Assembly (NCBI GenBank): GCA_902529515.1
Contig: CABZWX010000004.1
Span: 8,102-72,101 of the forward strand
DNA from: an uncultured SAR116 cluster alpha proteobacterium
GTDB lineage: Bacteria > Pseudomonadota > Alphaproteobacteria > Puniceispirillales > Marisalimonadaceae
DNA: 64,000 nt
Direction of reading: 5' to 3'
A model generated the notes under the pieces. That model saw nothing but the letters and a program-made list of their open reading frames with translations, ran no database searches and was not told the DNA's origin. This document shows, piece after piece, positions 1 through 9,777 of this stretch (position 1 is the first letter of the stretch; each line of letters opens with the position of its first letter). The position numbers and the translations under genes were made by a program.

Positions 1-209
1 TTTTCTTTCTCTTTACGTTTATTTAAAGCTCTGTCAATTATCACGCTTGACATAATTTTAGTAATAGCTGACCTTTTACAACTTAAATTGTTTTGCACTC
101 TTTCAACTTCTTCTTTTTTGTCCCAAACATGAACAATGCCGTCATTCATATCTCTTAATAAATACCAATCATTATCTTTTTCAGAGGACCAGATCTTGAT
201 ACCATACAT
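1..209 (-). CDS. Hypothetical protein, runs off the left edge (MYGIKIWSSEKDNDWYLLRDMNDGIVHVWDKK...)
   Basis: Hand translation: ATG at 209, GGAG at 217-220 on the minus strand, open to position 1; not in the ORF track. Confidence 0.6.
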   Translation of the reverse strand, partial: MYGIKIWSSEKDNDWYLLRDMNDGIVHVWDKKEEVERVQNNLSCKRSAITKIMSSVIIDRALNKRKEKE

Positions 210-270
210 TTTAAATCTCCATAAAAAAATTAAATATCAAGATGCAAAAAAGATACCAAAGTCGTAAATA

Positions 271-936
271 CTAAATTTCAATTTCTTTACTTGTAAATTT
301 GTAAATAGATTTTTTTGTAAGCATGTAAATTTTAGATTCATTATTTAAAAATGGTTTCAAGACCGGATTAGTTATATTTAAACCACCAGTGTATTGACCA
401 AATGAGGGCAAAATAATGTGGTTATTTGTATGTAACAAACATTTCGCTGTAATTTTTTTAATATTTGATTTTACAGTAGCTACTGGATGAAAATGTCCAG
501 ATATTTGAAATACACTTGTTTGTAAAGCCTCATGAATGAAGTGTATGTCATCAATAACGTATTCATTTAAAAAATTTATTTGGCCAATTTCAAACTTACT
601 TTCATGATTGCCAAGAATAAAAATAACTTCGTATTTTTCTATAAGTGACCTAAAAAGAATAATTACTTTTTTGGACATTCTACTAATTGCATTCTTATCA
701 TGAAAAGTGTCACCTAGAAGGATAATTTTTTTTATCTTATGGTCTTTAATTGTATTTAAAATTTTTTTTAGAGTTTCTTCGCTATCATAAGGTGGTAAAA
801 ATTGACCAGAATGACCAAAACTACTTCCTTTTTCAAGGTGTAAATCTGCAATTATTGCAATTTGTTTATCAAACCAAAATAAGATGCCCTCTTTACTAAT
901 TTGAAATTTATGATTATTGAAATTTATTACCTTCAA
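271..936 (-). CDS. pdeM: Ligase-associated DNA damage response metallophosphoesterase/endonuclease PdeM
   Basis: ADLHLEKGS, LGDTFHD, GNHE, GHFHP calcineurin-like motifs; 4-nt overlap with the helicase. Confidence 0.9.
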   Translation of the reverse strand: MKVINFNNHKFQISKEGILFWFDKQIAIIADLHLEKGSSFGHSGQFLPPYDSEETLKKILNTIKDHKIKKIILLGDTFHDKNAISRMSKKVIILFRSLIEKYEVIFILGNHESKFEIGQINFLNEYVIDDIHFIHEALQTSVFQISGHFHPVATVKSNIKKITAKCLLHTNNHIILPSFGQYTGGLNITNPVLKPFLNNESKIYMLTKKSIYKFTSKEIEI

Positions 937-3356
937 TTCAAACCAACTTCACTTAACATTTCATTTTCAAGTTCTTCAAGGAAGTATTCTTCCATTTCAG
1001 ATTTATTAATAGTTTGTCTGTTTATTTCTAAAATTAGTGGAACTGCTAATGGTGAAATTCTATCAAGTTTTTTATGAGTAATATTTTTTTCAATTCTTTT
1101 CAAAAATTCACTTAATCTATCTAAATCTATTAGCCCTCGATAAGAATCTTCTCTTGCAACTTCTAATAAAAGATGTTTTGGCTCATGTTTTTTAAGAACA
1201 TTGAAAATTAAATCAGAGTTAAATAAAACCTGTTTACCAGTTTTTTTCTGCCCAGGTATTGATCGCTCTATCAATCCTGAAATAATAGCGGCATCTCTAA
1301 AATTTTTCTTCAATAATGGTGTTTCTTCTAACCATTCATATAAATCATCTAACATAAGATCTTCATTTAGAACACTGTTTACATCTTTTACCTCATTCAT
1401 TGACCATATTGCTAAAGCATAATCTGTGGCAACAAAACTTATAGGTTTATAACCGATACGTAACATTTTTTTTGACATTAAAAAACCAAGTGTTTGATTA
1501 GCGTTCCTTCCCTCGAAAGTATAACAAATCAAAAAAAATCTTTGTTTACCACTCATTAAACGAGGAAAAGTTTCTACTAAAAGCCCATTTAAAGACGGTA
1601 AATTTGAAAATTTAGATTGTAGTTTTAACCATTCATTAATTTGATTTGGGAAATTTTTCCAAAATTGTTTTTTACTCAATAATTTTCTTACTTCAATTGA
1701 AAGTTCTGTACTTAGAGGTAATCTTCCTCCAGCGTAAGAAGGAATTTTTGGATGTGTATGGCTTGTAGATTTTACAATTATATTATTATTTGAAATAGTT
1801 TGATATTCTAAAACTCTACCACCAAATAAAAAAGTATCTCCTTCATTCAATCCTTCTATAAACCATTCTTCTACTTGACCTAGAGTTTTATTTCCTAATT
1901 TAACTTTAAGCATATAAGATTCAACAATAGTACCTACATTTAATTTATATCTATTTCGTACACTTTTATTGTTAATTGCGTAGAGTTTATCTTTGTTAAG
2001 TCCTATCTTAGAATATTGTTCATAATGTTTTAGAGAATACCCACCATTTTTAACAAACTCGACAACTTCAAGAAACTTTGTTTTTGTTAAATTTCTATAT
2101 GGCCATGCATTTATGACTTGATTATACAAATCATCAACTTGAAATGGTTCACTACATGCAACACCTAAAACATGCTGGGCAAGTACATCTAAACTTCCTT
2201 TTTTGTCTCTTGTTTCATCTAATAACTTATTTTGAATTGAATGTATTGCAGATAAACATTCTAAATATTCAAATCTATTTGATGGCACTAAAATTGCGTT
2301 TGAAGGTTCATCAAATTTATGATTGCTCCTTCCTATACGTTGTAAAAATCTTGAAATCCCTTTTGGTGAACCAATTTGAATAACTAAATCAACATCTCCC
2401 CAATCAATTCCAAGATCTAGAGAACTTGTTGCTACTACACAGTCGATTTTTCCTAGAGACATTAAGTTTTCTACTTTCCTTCTAATCTCTTTTTCTAAAC
2501 TTCCATGATGGATAGCAATTCTTAAATTATTATCATTCTCTTGCCATAGTTTATTAAAAACTAATTCTGCTTGCGCTCTTGTGTTAACAAAAACAATCGT
2601 TAATGACGATTTTTGTATTTTTTGATATATATCCTTAATTGCATAACTTGCCATATGACCAGACCAAGGAACTCTAGTTTTTGTTTCTAAAATTTCTATT
2701 TTGGGGAAAGAGGTTTCTTTAACGTTTAAAATTTTCGCCTTATTTTTTGAGGTTAAAAATTTTAATACAGTTTCTTTATTTTTAACCGTTGCAGACAGAC
2801 CTATTCTTTTACAATCAGGACTAATTGAATGAATTCTAGATAAATTTAGTGATAGTAAGTCACCTCGTTTTGAATTAACCAAAACATGTATTTCATCAAT
2901 AATTAAATATTTTAGATCCTTAAAATAATTTTTTGATTCCTTATTTGACAATAACAAAGCTAATGATTCAGGGGTGGTCATAAGCATATGAGGAGGTAAA
3001 ATCTTTTGCCTATTTTTTTTGTATGCTGAGGTGTCACCTGTTCTTGTTTCAACTCTTATATCCAAACCTTGATCTTCGATAGGACTAGTTAAATTTCTAT
3101 GAACATCGATTGTAAGTGCTTTGAGGGGAGATATATATAGTGTATGCAGCTTATTTTTTTTAGAATTATTATTAATTAAGTCATTTAGTGATGGTAAAAA
3201 ACCAGCTAGAGTTTTACCACCTCCGGTAGGTGCAACAAGTAAAACATCAAAACCATTCTCAGATAATTTTAAGGTTTCAACTTGATGATTGTAAAAGGAC
3301 CAATTATTTTTTTTCAACCAATTATCAATAGGTTCAATCTTTAAAATATCTGACAT
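933..3356 (-). CDS. Ligase-associated DEXH-box helicase (Lhr-core family)
   Basis: APTGGGKT, YISPLKAL, DEIH, SAT, HHGSL, QRIGRS; cluster context. Confidence 0.92.
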   Translation of the reverse strand: MSDILKIEPIDNWLKKNNWSFYNHQVETLKLSENGFDVLLVAPTGGGKTLAGFLPSLNDLINNNSKKNKLHTLYISPLKALTIDVHRNLTSPIEDQGLDIRVETRTGDTSAYKKNRQKILPPHMLMTTPESLALLLSNKESKNYFKDLKYLIIDEIHVLVNSKRGDLLSLNLSRIHSISPDCKRIGLSATVKNKETVLKFLTSKNKAKILNVKETSFPKIEILETKTRVPWSGHMASYAIKDIYQKIQKSSLTIVFVNTRAQAELVFNKLWQENDNNLRIAIHHGSLEKEIRRKVENLMSLGKIDCVVATSSLDLGIDWGDVDLVIQIGSPKGISRFLQRIGRSNHKFDEPSNAILVPSNRFEYLECLSAIHSIQNKLLDETRDKKGSLDVLAQHVLGVACSEPFQVDDLYNQVINAWPYRNLTKTKFLEVVEFVKNGGYSLKHYEQYSKIGLNKDKLYAINNKSVRNRYKLNVGTIVESYMLKVKLGNKTLGQVEEWFIEGLNEGDTFLFGGRVLEYQTISNNNIIVKSTSHTHPKIPSYAGGRLPLSTELSIEVRKLLSKKQFWKNFPNQINEWLKLQSKFSNLPSLNGLLVETFPRLMSGKQRFFLICYTFEGRNANQTLGFLMSKKMLRIGYKPISFVATDYALAIWSMNEVKDVNSVLNEDLMLDDLYEWLEETPLLKKNFRDAAIISGLIERSIPGQKKTGKQVLFNSDLIFNVLKKHEPKHLLLEVAREDSYRGLIDLDRLSEFLKRIEKNITHKKLDRISPLAVPLILEINRQTINKSEMEEYFLEELENEMLSEVGLN

Positions 3357-3373
3357 TATTATATATTACTATA

Positions 3374-4363
3374 ATGAAATGGATTAATGAAAATTTATAT
3401 ATATCTCCAATCAATACATATATTGATCCGTCTAAGCCAGTGGAAAATGCAATTATAACCCATGGACATGCTGATCATGCCAAACCAGGTCATAAAAATG
3501 TCTTAGCAACAAAAGAGACAATAAATATTATGAAGATAAGGTATGGTGAAAATTGTGCACAAAATTTTCAAGAGTTAAAATTAAATAAAACTTTAAAAAT
3601 TGATGATGTTAAAATCACCTTTTATCCAGCTGGACATATATTAGGAAGTGTTCAAGTATTAGCAGAGTATAAGGGCGAAAGAATAAATTTTACAGGTGAT
3701 TACAAAACTAAAAAGGATAAAACTTGTGAAAATTTTGAACCTGTAAAATGTCACACTTTAGTTACTGAAGCTACTTTTGGACTACCTGTTTTTCAACATC
3801 CAAATGAAGATAATGAAATAAAAAAACTCTTAAGATCACTTGAATTGTTTCCACAAAGACCTCATCTAGTAGGAGTTTATGCTCTTGGAAAGGCACAAAG
3901 AATAATAGGCTTATTAAGACAACAAAGATATGATAAAGAAATTTTTATACATGGAGCATTAGAAAAATTATGTAATTATTATGTAGAAGAAAAAATTTTT
4001 TTAGGAAATTTTTTAAAGACAAACCTCAAAGATAAAAAGGAATATCAAGGAGAAATTATTCTTGCTCCACCATCTGCGATAAAAAATGTATGGTCTAGAA
4101 AATTCGAAGATCCAATTATTTGTCAAGCATCTGGATGGATGTCAATCAAACAAAGAGCTAAACAAAGCCTAGTTGAACTTCCTCTTATAATTTCTGATCA
4201 TGCAGATTGGAATGAGTTAACTCAATATATAAAATTAACGGGCGCTGAAAATGTTTATGTCACTCACGGCAGAGAAGAAGCAATAGTTCATTGGTGCAAA
4301 ATGAATCAGATCAATGGATTAGCACTATCCTTATCTGGAAGAGAAGATGAGGAAGATTTGTGA
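3374..4363 (+). CDS. Ligase-associated DNA damage response exonuclease (MBL/beta-CASP)
   Basis: THGHADH, AGHILGS, EATFGLP, SDHADW, THG; overlaps the ligase start. Confidence 0.9.
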   Translation: MKWINENLYISPINTYIDPSKPVENAIITHGHADHAKPGHKNVLATKETINIMKIRYGENCAQNFQELKLNKTLKIDDVKITFYPAGHILGSVQVLAEYKGERINFTGDYKTKKDKTCENFEPVKCHTLVTEATFGLPVFQHPNEDNEIKKLLRSLELFPQRPHLVGVYALGKAQRIIGLLRQQRYDKEIFIHGALEKLCNYYVEEKIFLGNFLKTNLKDKKEYQGEIILAPPSAIKNVWSRKFEDPIICQASGWMSIKQRAKQSLVELPLIISDHADWNELTQYIKLTGAENVYVTHGREEAIVHWCKMNQINGLALSLSGREDEEDL

Positions 4364-5925
4364 GAAGTTTTAGTGAATTAATTAATAAATTATTGTTAAC
4401 TACATCTAGAAATAGAAAAGTTGATGTTTTATGTGATTATTTTAAAAATACTCCTGATCCAGATAGAGGTTTTACTCTTGCTATTATTACTAACAGTCTA
4501 GAAATAAAAAATATTCCAATTTCAAAAATTAAAGAGATAGTTCGAGAAACCGTCGATGAAGAGTTATTTGCCTTATCATACGATTATGTTGGAGATCTAG
4601 CGGAGACTATTTCTTTAATCTGGCCTAATAAAGAAAATGGTAATCTTCCTCAAATTTCAAAAATGATAGGTATTTTAAAAAATATCAATAAAAATGAATT
4701 AACAAGAAAAATTCATAGCTTTCTTTCCATTGCAAATGAGACTGAAAGATGGGCCTTAATTAAATTAATTAGCGGTGGTTTGCGAATAGGTGTTTCATCA
4801 AGACTAGCTAAAACCGCATTGGCTAAATTTGGAGAAAAAAAATTAGATGATATAGAAAAAATATGGCACGGAATTAACCCACCATATGAAAATTTATTTA
4901 AATGGTTATGTAATTCAGGTCCTATCCCAGAGATAGATCTTAAAAATACATTTAATCCTATGATGCTTGCCAATCCATTAGAAGATAAAGATTTTAAAAA
5001 TCTTAATTGCAATGACTTTGTTGCAGAATGGAAATGGGATGGGATAAGAGTACAAATTATTATAAATGATTCTAACATCAAAATTTTTTCTCGTACAGGT
5101 GATGATATTAGTCTTTCATTTCCTGAAATAAAAATTCTTGAAAAAAATATGGTTATACTTGATGGAGAATTATTAGTAGGAAGAAATTATATTCCTATGA
5201 ATTTTAATTCACTACAACAAAGATTGAATAGAAAAAAAGTAAGTTTGAAGCATATTGATGACTTCCCTGCTTTTGTAAAGCTGTATGATATTTTGTATAT
5301 AAACAATGATGATTTAAGAGAAAAAAAATGGGAAGAAAGACGAAATTTACTTGAGAATTGGTATTATAAAAACAAAAATGAATTTTTTGATTTGTCAAAA
5401 ATAATTAATTTTAATAGTTGGAAGAATTTAACTGCAATTAGAAAAAATGAAATTATCGACGAACAACATGAAGGCTTAATGATAAAAAGAAAGTCTAGCC
5501 CTTATATTTCTGGTCGTCCAAAAGGACATTGGTATAAATGGAAAAAAGATCCTAAAACTGTTGATGCAATTTTAATGTATGCAATGAGAGGTCACGGCAA
5601 AAGAAGCTCATATTATTCTGACTTTACTTTTGGTATATGGGATGGAAACCAACTTTCTCCAATTGGGAAAGCATATTTTGGATTCAATGATAATGAATTA
5701 AAAATTTTAGATAAATTTGTTCGTAACAACACGATTAAAAAATTTGGTCCTGTAAGAGAAGTAGAAAAAACTTTCGTTATTGAAGTTGCTTTTGACTCTG
5801 TTAACTCTAGCACAAGACATAAATCTGGAGTTGCGTTGAGATTTCCTAGAATTAAGAGGCTTAGAGAAGATAAACCAACTAGCGAAGTTATACAACTTTG
5901 TGAATTCAAATTAGATTTTTTATAG
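4360..5925 (+). CDS. ATP-dependent DNA ligase of the ligase/helicase/exonuclease/PdeM cluster
   Basis: EWKWDGIR adenylation motif, LDGEL, EGLMIK, WYKWK, ALRFPR. Confidence 0.92.
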   Translation: MRSFSELINKLLLTTSRNRKVDVLCDYFKNTPDPDRGFTLAIITNSLEIKNIPISKIKEIVRETVDEELFALSYDYVGDLAETISLIWPNKENGNLPQISKMIGILKNINKNELTRKIHSFLSIANETERWALIKLISGGLRIGVSSRLAKTALAKFGEKKLDDIEKIWHGINPPYENLFKWLCNSGPIPEIDLKNTFNPMMLANPLEDKDFKNLNCNDFVAEWKWDGIRVQIIINDSNIKIFSRTGDDISLSFPEIKILEKNMVILDGELLVGRNYIPMNFNSLQQRLNRKKVSLKHIDDFPAFVKLYDILYINNDDLREKKWEERRNLLENWYYKNKNEFFDLSKIINFNSWKNLTAIRKNEIIDEQHEGLMIKRKSSPYISGRPKGHWYKWKKDPKTVDAILMYAMRGHGKRSSYYSDFTFGIWDGNQLSPIGKAYFGFNDNELKILDKFVRNNTIKKFGPVREVEKTFVIEVAFDSVNSSTRHKSGVALRFPRIKRLREDKPTSEVIQLCEFKLDFL

Positions 5926-6005
5926 TATTTTTTATATTAATTGTATTGAATTACAAAATTTTATTTTCTAAAATTTAATAGTAGATTATTTTATAGGAGT
6001 AAAAC

Positions 6006-6833
6006 ATGTCAGATTTACAAGAACTAATGGTTGGTTCAACAAGAGTAGTTGCTCTTAAGGATGGAGAGTTAACTTTACCTAAGGAAATACTTCTTAATAT
6101 AGATGAAGAAACTACTAAAAAACTCTCTGAAGAAAATAATCAACTCACAAACAGTCAAATTAATGCTTATCTAATATTCAAAAATGAAAAAATTCTATTA
6201 GTTGATTCAGGATGTAGAGATTTATTTGGACCAACCTGTGGATTTGTTCATGAAGAAATTGCAAAAGCTAATGTCAAACCTGAAGATATAACCGACATCT
6301 TTTTTACTCATTTACATCCTGATCATGTAGGAGGATCAATTAACAAAGATGGTGAGGCAATTTTTCCAAATGCAAACGTTAACATTATAGAAGATGAATT
6401 AAACTTTTGGAGTAAGGATGATTTTGAAGATATTGAGGTAAATGGTAAAAACATGGCTGATTTAAACAAATCTGTTATTAAAGCCTATGGTGAAAGAGTG
6501 AAAACAATAAAAACTAATCAAGAAATAATTTCTGGAGTATTCCCTGTACCACTTCCAGGACACACACCTGGACATAGTGGCTTTAGAATAGACGATGATA
6601 ATATTAGTTTTGTTCAAATGGGCGATGTTTTACATACACCTAATTTACAGTTATCAGATCCAAATATTTCTGTACTATTTGACATTGATGTTGAGCAAGG
6701 ACTTAAATCAAGAAAAAAAGCTTTTGATATGGTATGTAATGATAGAATAATTTGTTCTGGAGGCCATATTCTAGAACCAAAATTTGGATATTTAGATAAA
6801 TTTGGAAGTGGATATAAATACGTTGCTATTTAA
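6006..6833 (+). CDS. MBL-fold metallo-hydrolase (methyl-parathion hydrolase/AHL-lactonase-like)
   Basis: THLHPDHVGG, PGHTPGH, GDVLH; AGGAG RBS. Confidence 0.85.
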   Translation: MSDLQELMVGSTRVVALKDGELTLPKEILLNIDEETTKKLSEENNQLTNSQINAYLIFKNEKILLVDSGCRDLFGPTCGFVHEEIAKANVKPEDITDIFFTHLHPDHVGGSINKDGEAIFPNANVNIIEDELNFWSKDDFEDIEVNGKNMADLNKSVIKAYGERVKTIKTNQEIISGVFPVPLPGHTPGHSGFRIDDDNISFVQMGDVLHTPNLQLSDPNISVLFDIDVEQGLKSRKKAFDMVCNDRIICSGGHILEPKFGYLDKFGSGYKYVAI

Positions 6834-6858
6834 GGTATAATTAAACTAGTATTATCAA

Positions 6859-8691
6859 TCATAATATTTTAGTTGAATTTATTATTGATTTTAACACATT
6901 ATTTTTATCATCAAAAAACTCTAATCGATCTACAAACTCCCGCCAAAATCGTTTTTCAGTTTTGTATTGAGCATTTAGTTTTGTTTTGCAAAATTTTTGA
7001 GTATCCAACAACCTTTTTGCACCTAAACTTACATATTCTTTACCATTAAAACACCCATCAATTAAAAATATTAATCCCACAAGAAATTCAGCATGCTTAG
7101 TAGAAAAGACTGATGTAAATGGCCAGAAGTGTTCTTTCAAAATTTTAAAATCAAGTTCATGCGCTTCAAAATAATTACTAAATATTAATATTCTCTCTAA
7201 ATTTCCTATTTCTTTTCCAAACTTGGACATTTCTATACTTTTTTGAGCAAATGCATGTTTATCATGTCTCATGACCAAGTTTTCGGCGTGACAATGACTC
7301 AAATATTCGTTTTTATTAATAGATGAAATAACAAAAGCTTGATCTTCAGCTCTATTTACAAAACTAGGCGTAAATGGAGCCCATTTTTTTAAACTTTCTA
7401 CTGTTATACCTGTAGTGCCACCAGTTACATGTATTCTTTGGATATCGTTTGATTTGTACATTAATTCTGCTTCTGTTGACAATGATTGTGGCCATTCAGG
7501 ACAAAAAATTCTTTTTGATGATAAATCAGATGCACAATTATTTATCTTTGGTCTTTGAACGTCTGGTGTAAACAAATCTTTGGAGATATCATTCTTATTT
7601 ACTAATGCTCCAGCCAGTAAGCCTAAATCAACTTTTCTTCCTTCGAAATCAGTTGCAGTACCTCCCCAAAATTTTTGATTATTAAAAATTTCAAATATTG
7701 AAAAACCAGTATTTTTTAATAACATCTTCTGATCAAAAACTTGATCTAAATCAATCTTAAAACTATATCTAAAATCTGAGTTAATTACCTTATTATAAAT
7801 TAATAAGATGTATTTTAAAAAGGTATAATGACGACCATAATTTCCATTGACGCCTAATAAATTGTTAAATTTGTCATTCCTTTGAAATATTGTTGAGTAA
7901 ATTTTATTACAAATATCCTCATCAAAAAGATAAACTTCAATAAACTTTAAATTTAAAGATTTCTTAATAATTAATTTAACGTATTCTAGCGCAATTTTTT
8001 CCAGACCATTATGTGTAACGGAAACAGATAGAACTAGTTTGATTTTATCTGAAATTTTTAGGTTATTTCTTTGTGCTTCGTAAGCAATTGCTTCATCAAG
8101 ATTTTTTAATCCATAAATTATTTCATTTTCATTAATTGTCGCATCCAAAGGTATTGGATGATCATACCAATAGTTTTGCCTTACATTCTTAAATTTTTGT
8201 AATTCATCTTTAATTTCAATTGGTATGTTTGGTGAAAAATAATCAATTGGTGTTGTGATTAAAACATTGCTTAAAAAAAGTATCTCTTTAGCTGGGTTTG
8301 TAAGGTGATTTTTACTCTCTTTGAGATTAGTAAGTTTTCTTTTTTGTAATATTTTATTCTTTATTTCTTCAGGTTTATTATTAGACTCAAGAGCCTCTGG
8401 ACAAAAAATATCCCAAATGTGATCTTTGTATTTTCTATTATAATTAAAAGTAATATTTTGTGATTGTGAATTAAAAAATTTATCAAAAAGCCTCAAGCAA
8501 GTTTCATCCTTAAGTGAATTTAATAAAGACATAGATTCATTGAAATCTTTATTTTCATTGTAAAACTTGATAATAAAAGCCCTACAAAGCTTAGAAAAGC
8601 TATCACTAGAATTTTTTAAAGATAAATTTAATAAATCTTTATCAGAAACAATGTTTTTTAATATCTTTTCAAAATAATCTAATTGTTGCAT
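6859..8691 (-). CDS. Uncharacterised 610-aa protein, possible GT-A-fold glycosyltransferase-like
   Basis: Long ORF with motif-like blocks WYDHPIP, YGRHYTFLK, FKIDLDQVF (DxD), HVTGG, RAEDQ, MRHDK. Confidence 0.55.
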   Translation of the reverse strand: MQQLDYFEKILKNIVSDKDLLNLSLKNSSDSFSKLCRAFIIKFYNENKDFNESMSLLNSLKDETCLRLFDKFFNSQSQNITFNYNRKYKDHIWDIFCPEALESNNKPEEIKNKILQKRKLTNLKESKNHLTNPAKEILFLSNVLITTPIDYFSPNIPIEIKDELQKFKNVRQNYWYDHPIPLDATINENEIIYGLKNLDEAIAYEAQRNNLKISDKIKLVLSVSVTHNGLEKIALEYVKLIIKKSLNLKFIEVYLFDEDICNKIYSTIFQRNDKFNNLLGVNGNYGRHYTFLKYILLIYNKVINSDFRYSFKIDLDQVFDQKMLLKNTGFSIFEIFNNQKFWGGTATDFEGRKVDLGLLAGALVNKNDISKDLFTPDVQRPKINNCASDLSSKRIFCPEWPQSLSTEAELMYKSNDIQRIHVTGGTTGITVESLKKWAPFTPSFVNRAEDQAFVISSINKNEYLSHCHAENLVMRHDKHAFAQKSIEMSKFGKEIGNLERILIFSNYFEAHELDFKILKEHFWPFTSVFSTKHAEFLVGLIFLIDGCFNGKEYVSLGAKRLLDTQKFCKTKLNAQYKTEKRFWREFVDRLEFFDDKNNVLKSIINSTKIL

Positions 8692-8833
8692 GATTAAAAA
8701 TATAAATAATGATGTTTAATTATATACACTAAATTATCGCAAATTTTATTTGTTATTTATTTTTGCAATTTAAATTTCATTTATGTCAAAATTTTAATCA
8801 ATTAATTAGGTAAAGTTAAATTTAAATATCAAT

Positions 8834-9607
8834 ATGGACAAATTAATTGAATATAAAGTTATAGATCACATTGCATGGATAACACTGAAACGTAACCCTT
8901 CCAATGCATTTAGCATTGATTTTTTAGATGATATTTTAGACAAACTTAAAATTGCCTCTAAAGATAAAGAAGTAAGAGCTATTATTTTAGAAAGTGTCGT
9001 CAACGGGATATTTTCTGCAGGTCTAGATTTAAATCTTTTAATAAATAAGTCAGGATTAGAAATTAGAGAGTTTTTAAAACGCCTTTATGTAGATCTTTGG
9101 GATATTCAATATAACATGGGAAAGCCTACAATAGCGTCAATCAACGGAGCTGCAAGGGGTGGAGGCATGACTCTAGCTATATCATGTGATATAATTATAG
9201 CCTCAGAAAAAGCTTCATTTGGATATCCAGAAATAAACTTAGGATTGTTACCTGCAATACATTTTACACATCTTCCAAGAATTATCGGAAGATATAAAGC
9301 TTTTGACTTACTTTTTAGCGGTAGAACATTTTACTCTGATGAAGCGCTTATGCTAGGATTAATTAGTCGAAAAGTTTTATCTAGAGAAATTAGAGAAAAA
9401 GCTAATGAAATAGCAATAAACTTATCAAAAAAATCACCAATATCTATGAATTTAGGAAGGGCAGCCTTTTTAAGAACTAATGATCTTGATTACAGAAGAG
9501 GTGTTGCTAATGCAGTTGAAGATTTTTGTAATGCTGCAACTACCCCAGATGCCCAGGAAGGTTTGAAAGCCTTTTTAGAAAAAAGAGAACCTAAATGGAA
9601 AACATAA
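8834..9607 (+). CDS. Enoyl-CoA hydratase/isomerase family protein
   Basis: FSAGLDL, ARGGG, FGYPEINLG, EGLKAFLEKREPKW. Confidence 0.9.
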   Translation: MDKLIEYKVIDHIAWITLKRNPSNAFSIDFLDDILDKLKIASKDKEVRAIILESVVNGIFSAGLDLNLLINKSGLEIREFLKRLYVDLWDIQYNMGKPTIASINGAARGGGMTLAISCDIIIASEKASFGYPEINLGLLPAIHFTHLPRIIGRYKAFDLLFSGRTFYSDEALMLGLISRKVLSREIREKANEIAINLSKKSPISMNLGRAAFLRTNDLDYRRGVANAVEDFCNAATTPDAQEGLKAFLEKREPKWKT

Positions 9608-9777
9608 AATCTATCCTAATTTTAGTAACTAATTGATTTAAGTAGATAAAAGTAAAAATCATTTATTTAAAATTTGTAGGTTTTACAGTTTATATTTGTA
9701 CATTATTAAATAAAATTTATTGATTTAGTACTTTATTACAGTTATTTATACATAGTAATATATTGTAAGGATTAATT

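Noticed and set aside
9681-9755. Imperfect direct repeat (TTACAGTT...TACAT) upstream of the DUF1538 operon
   Set aside because: Short and degenerate in very AT-rich DNA; not distinguishable from chance by eye
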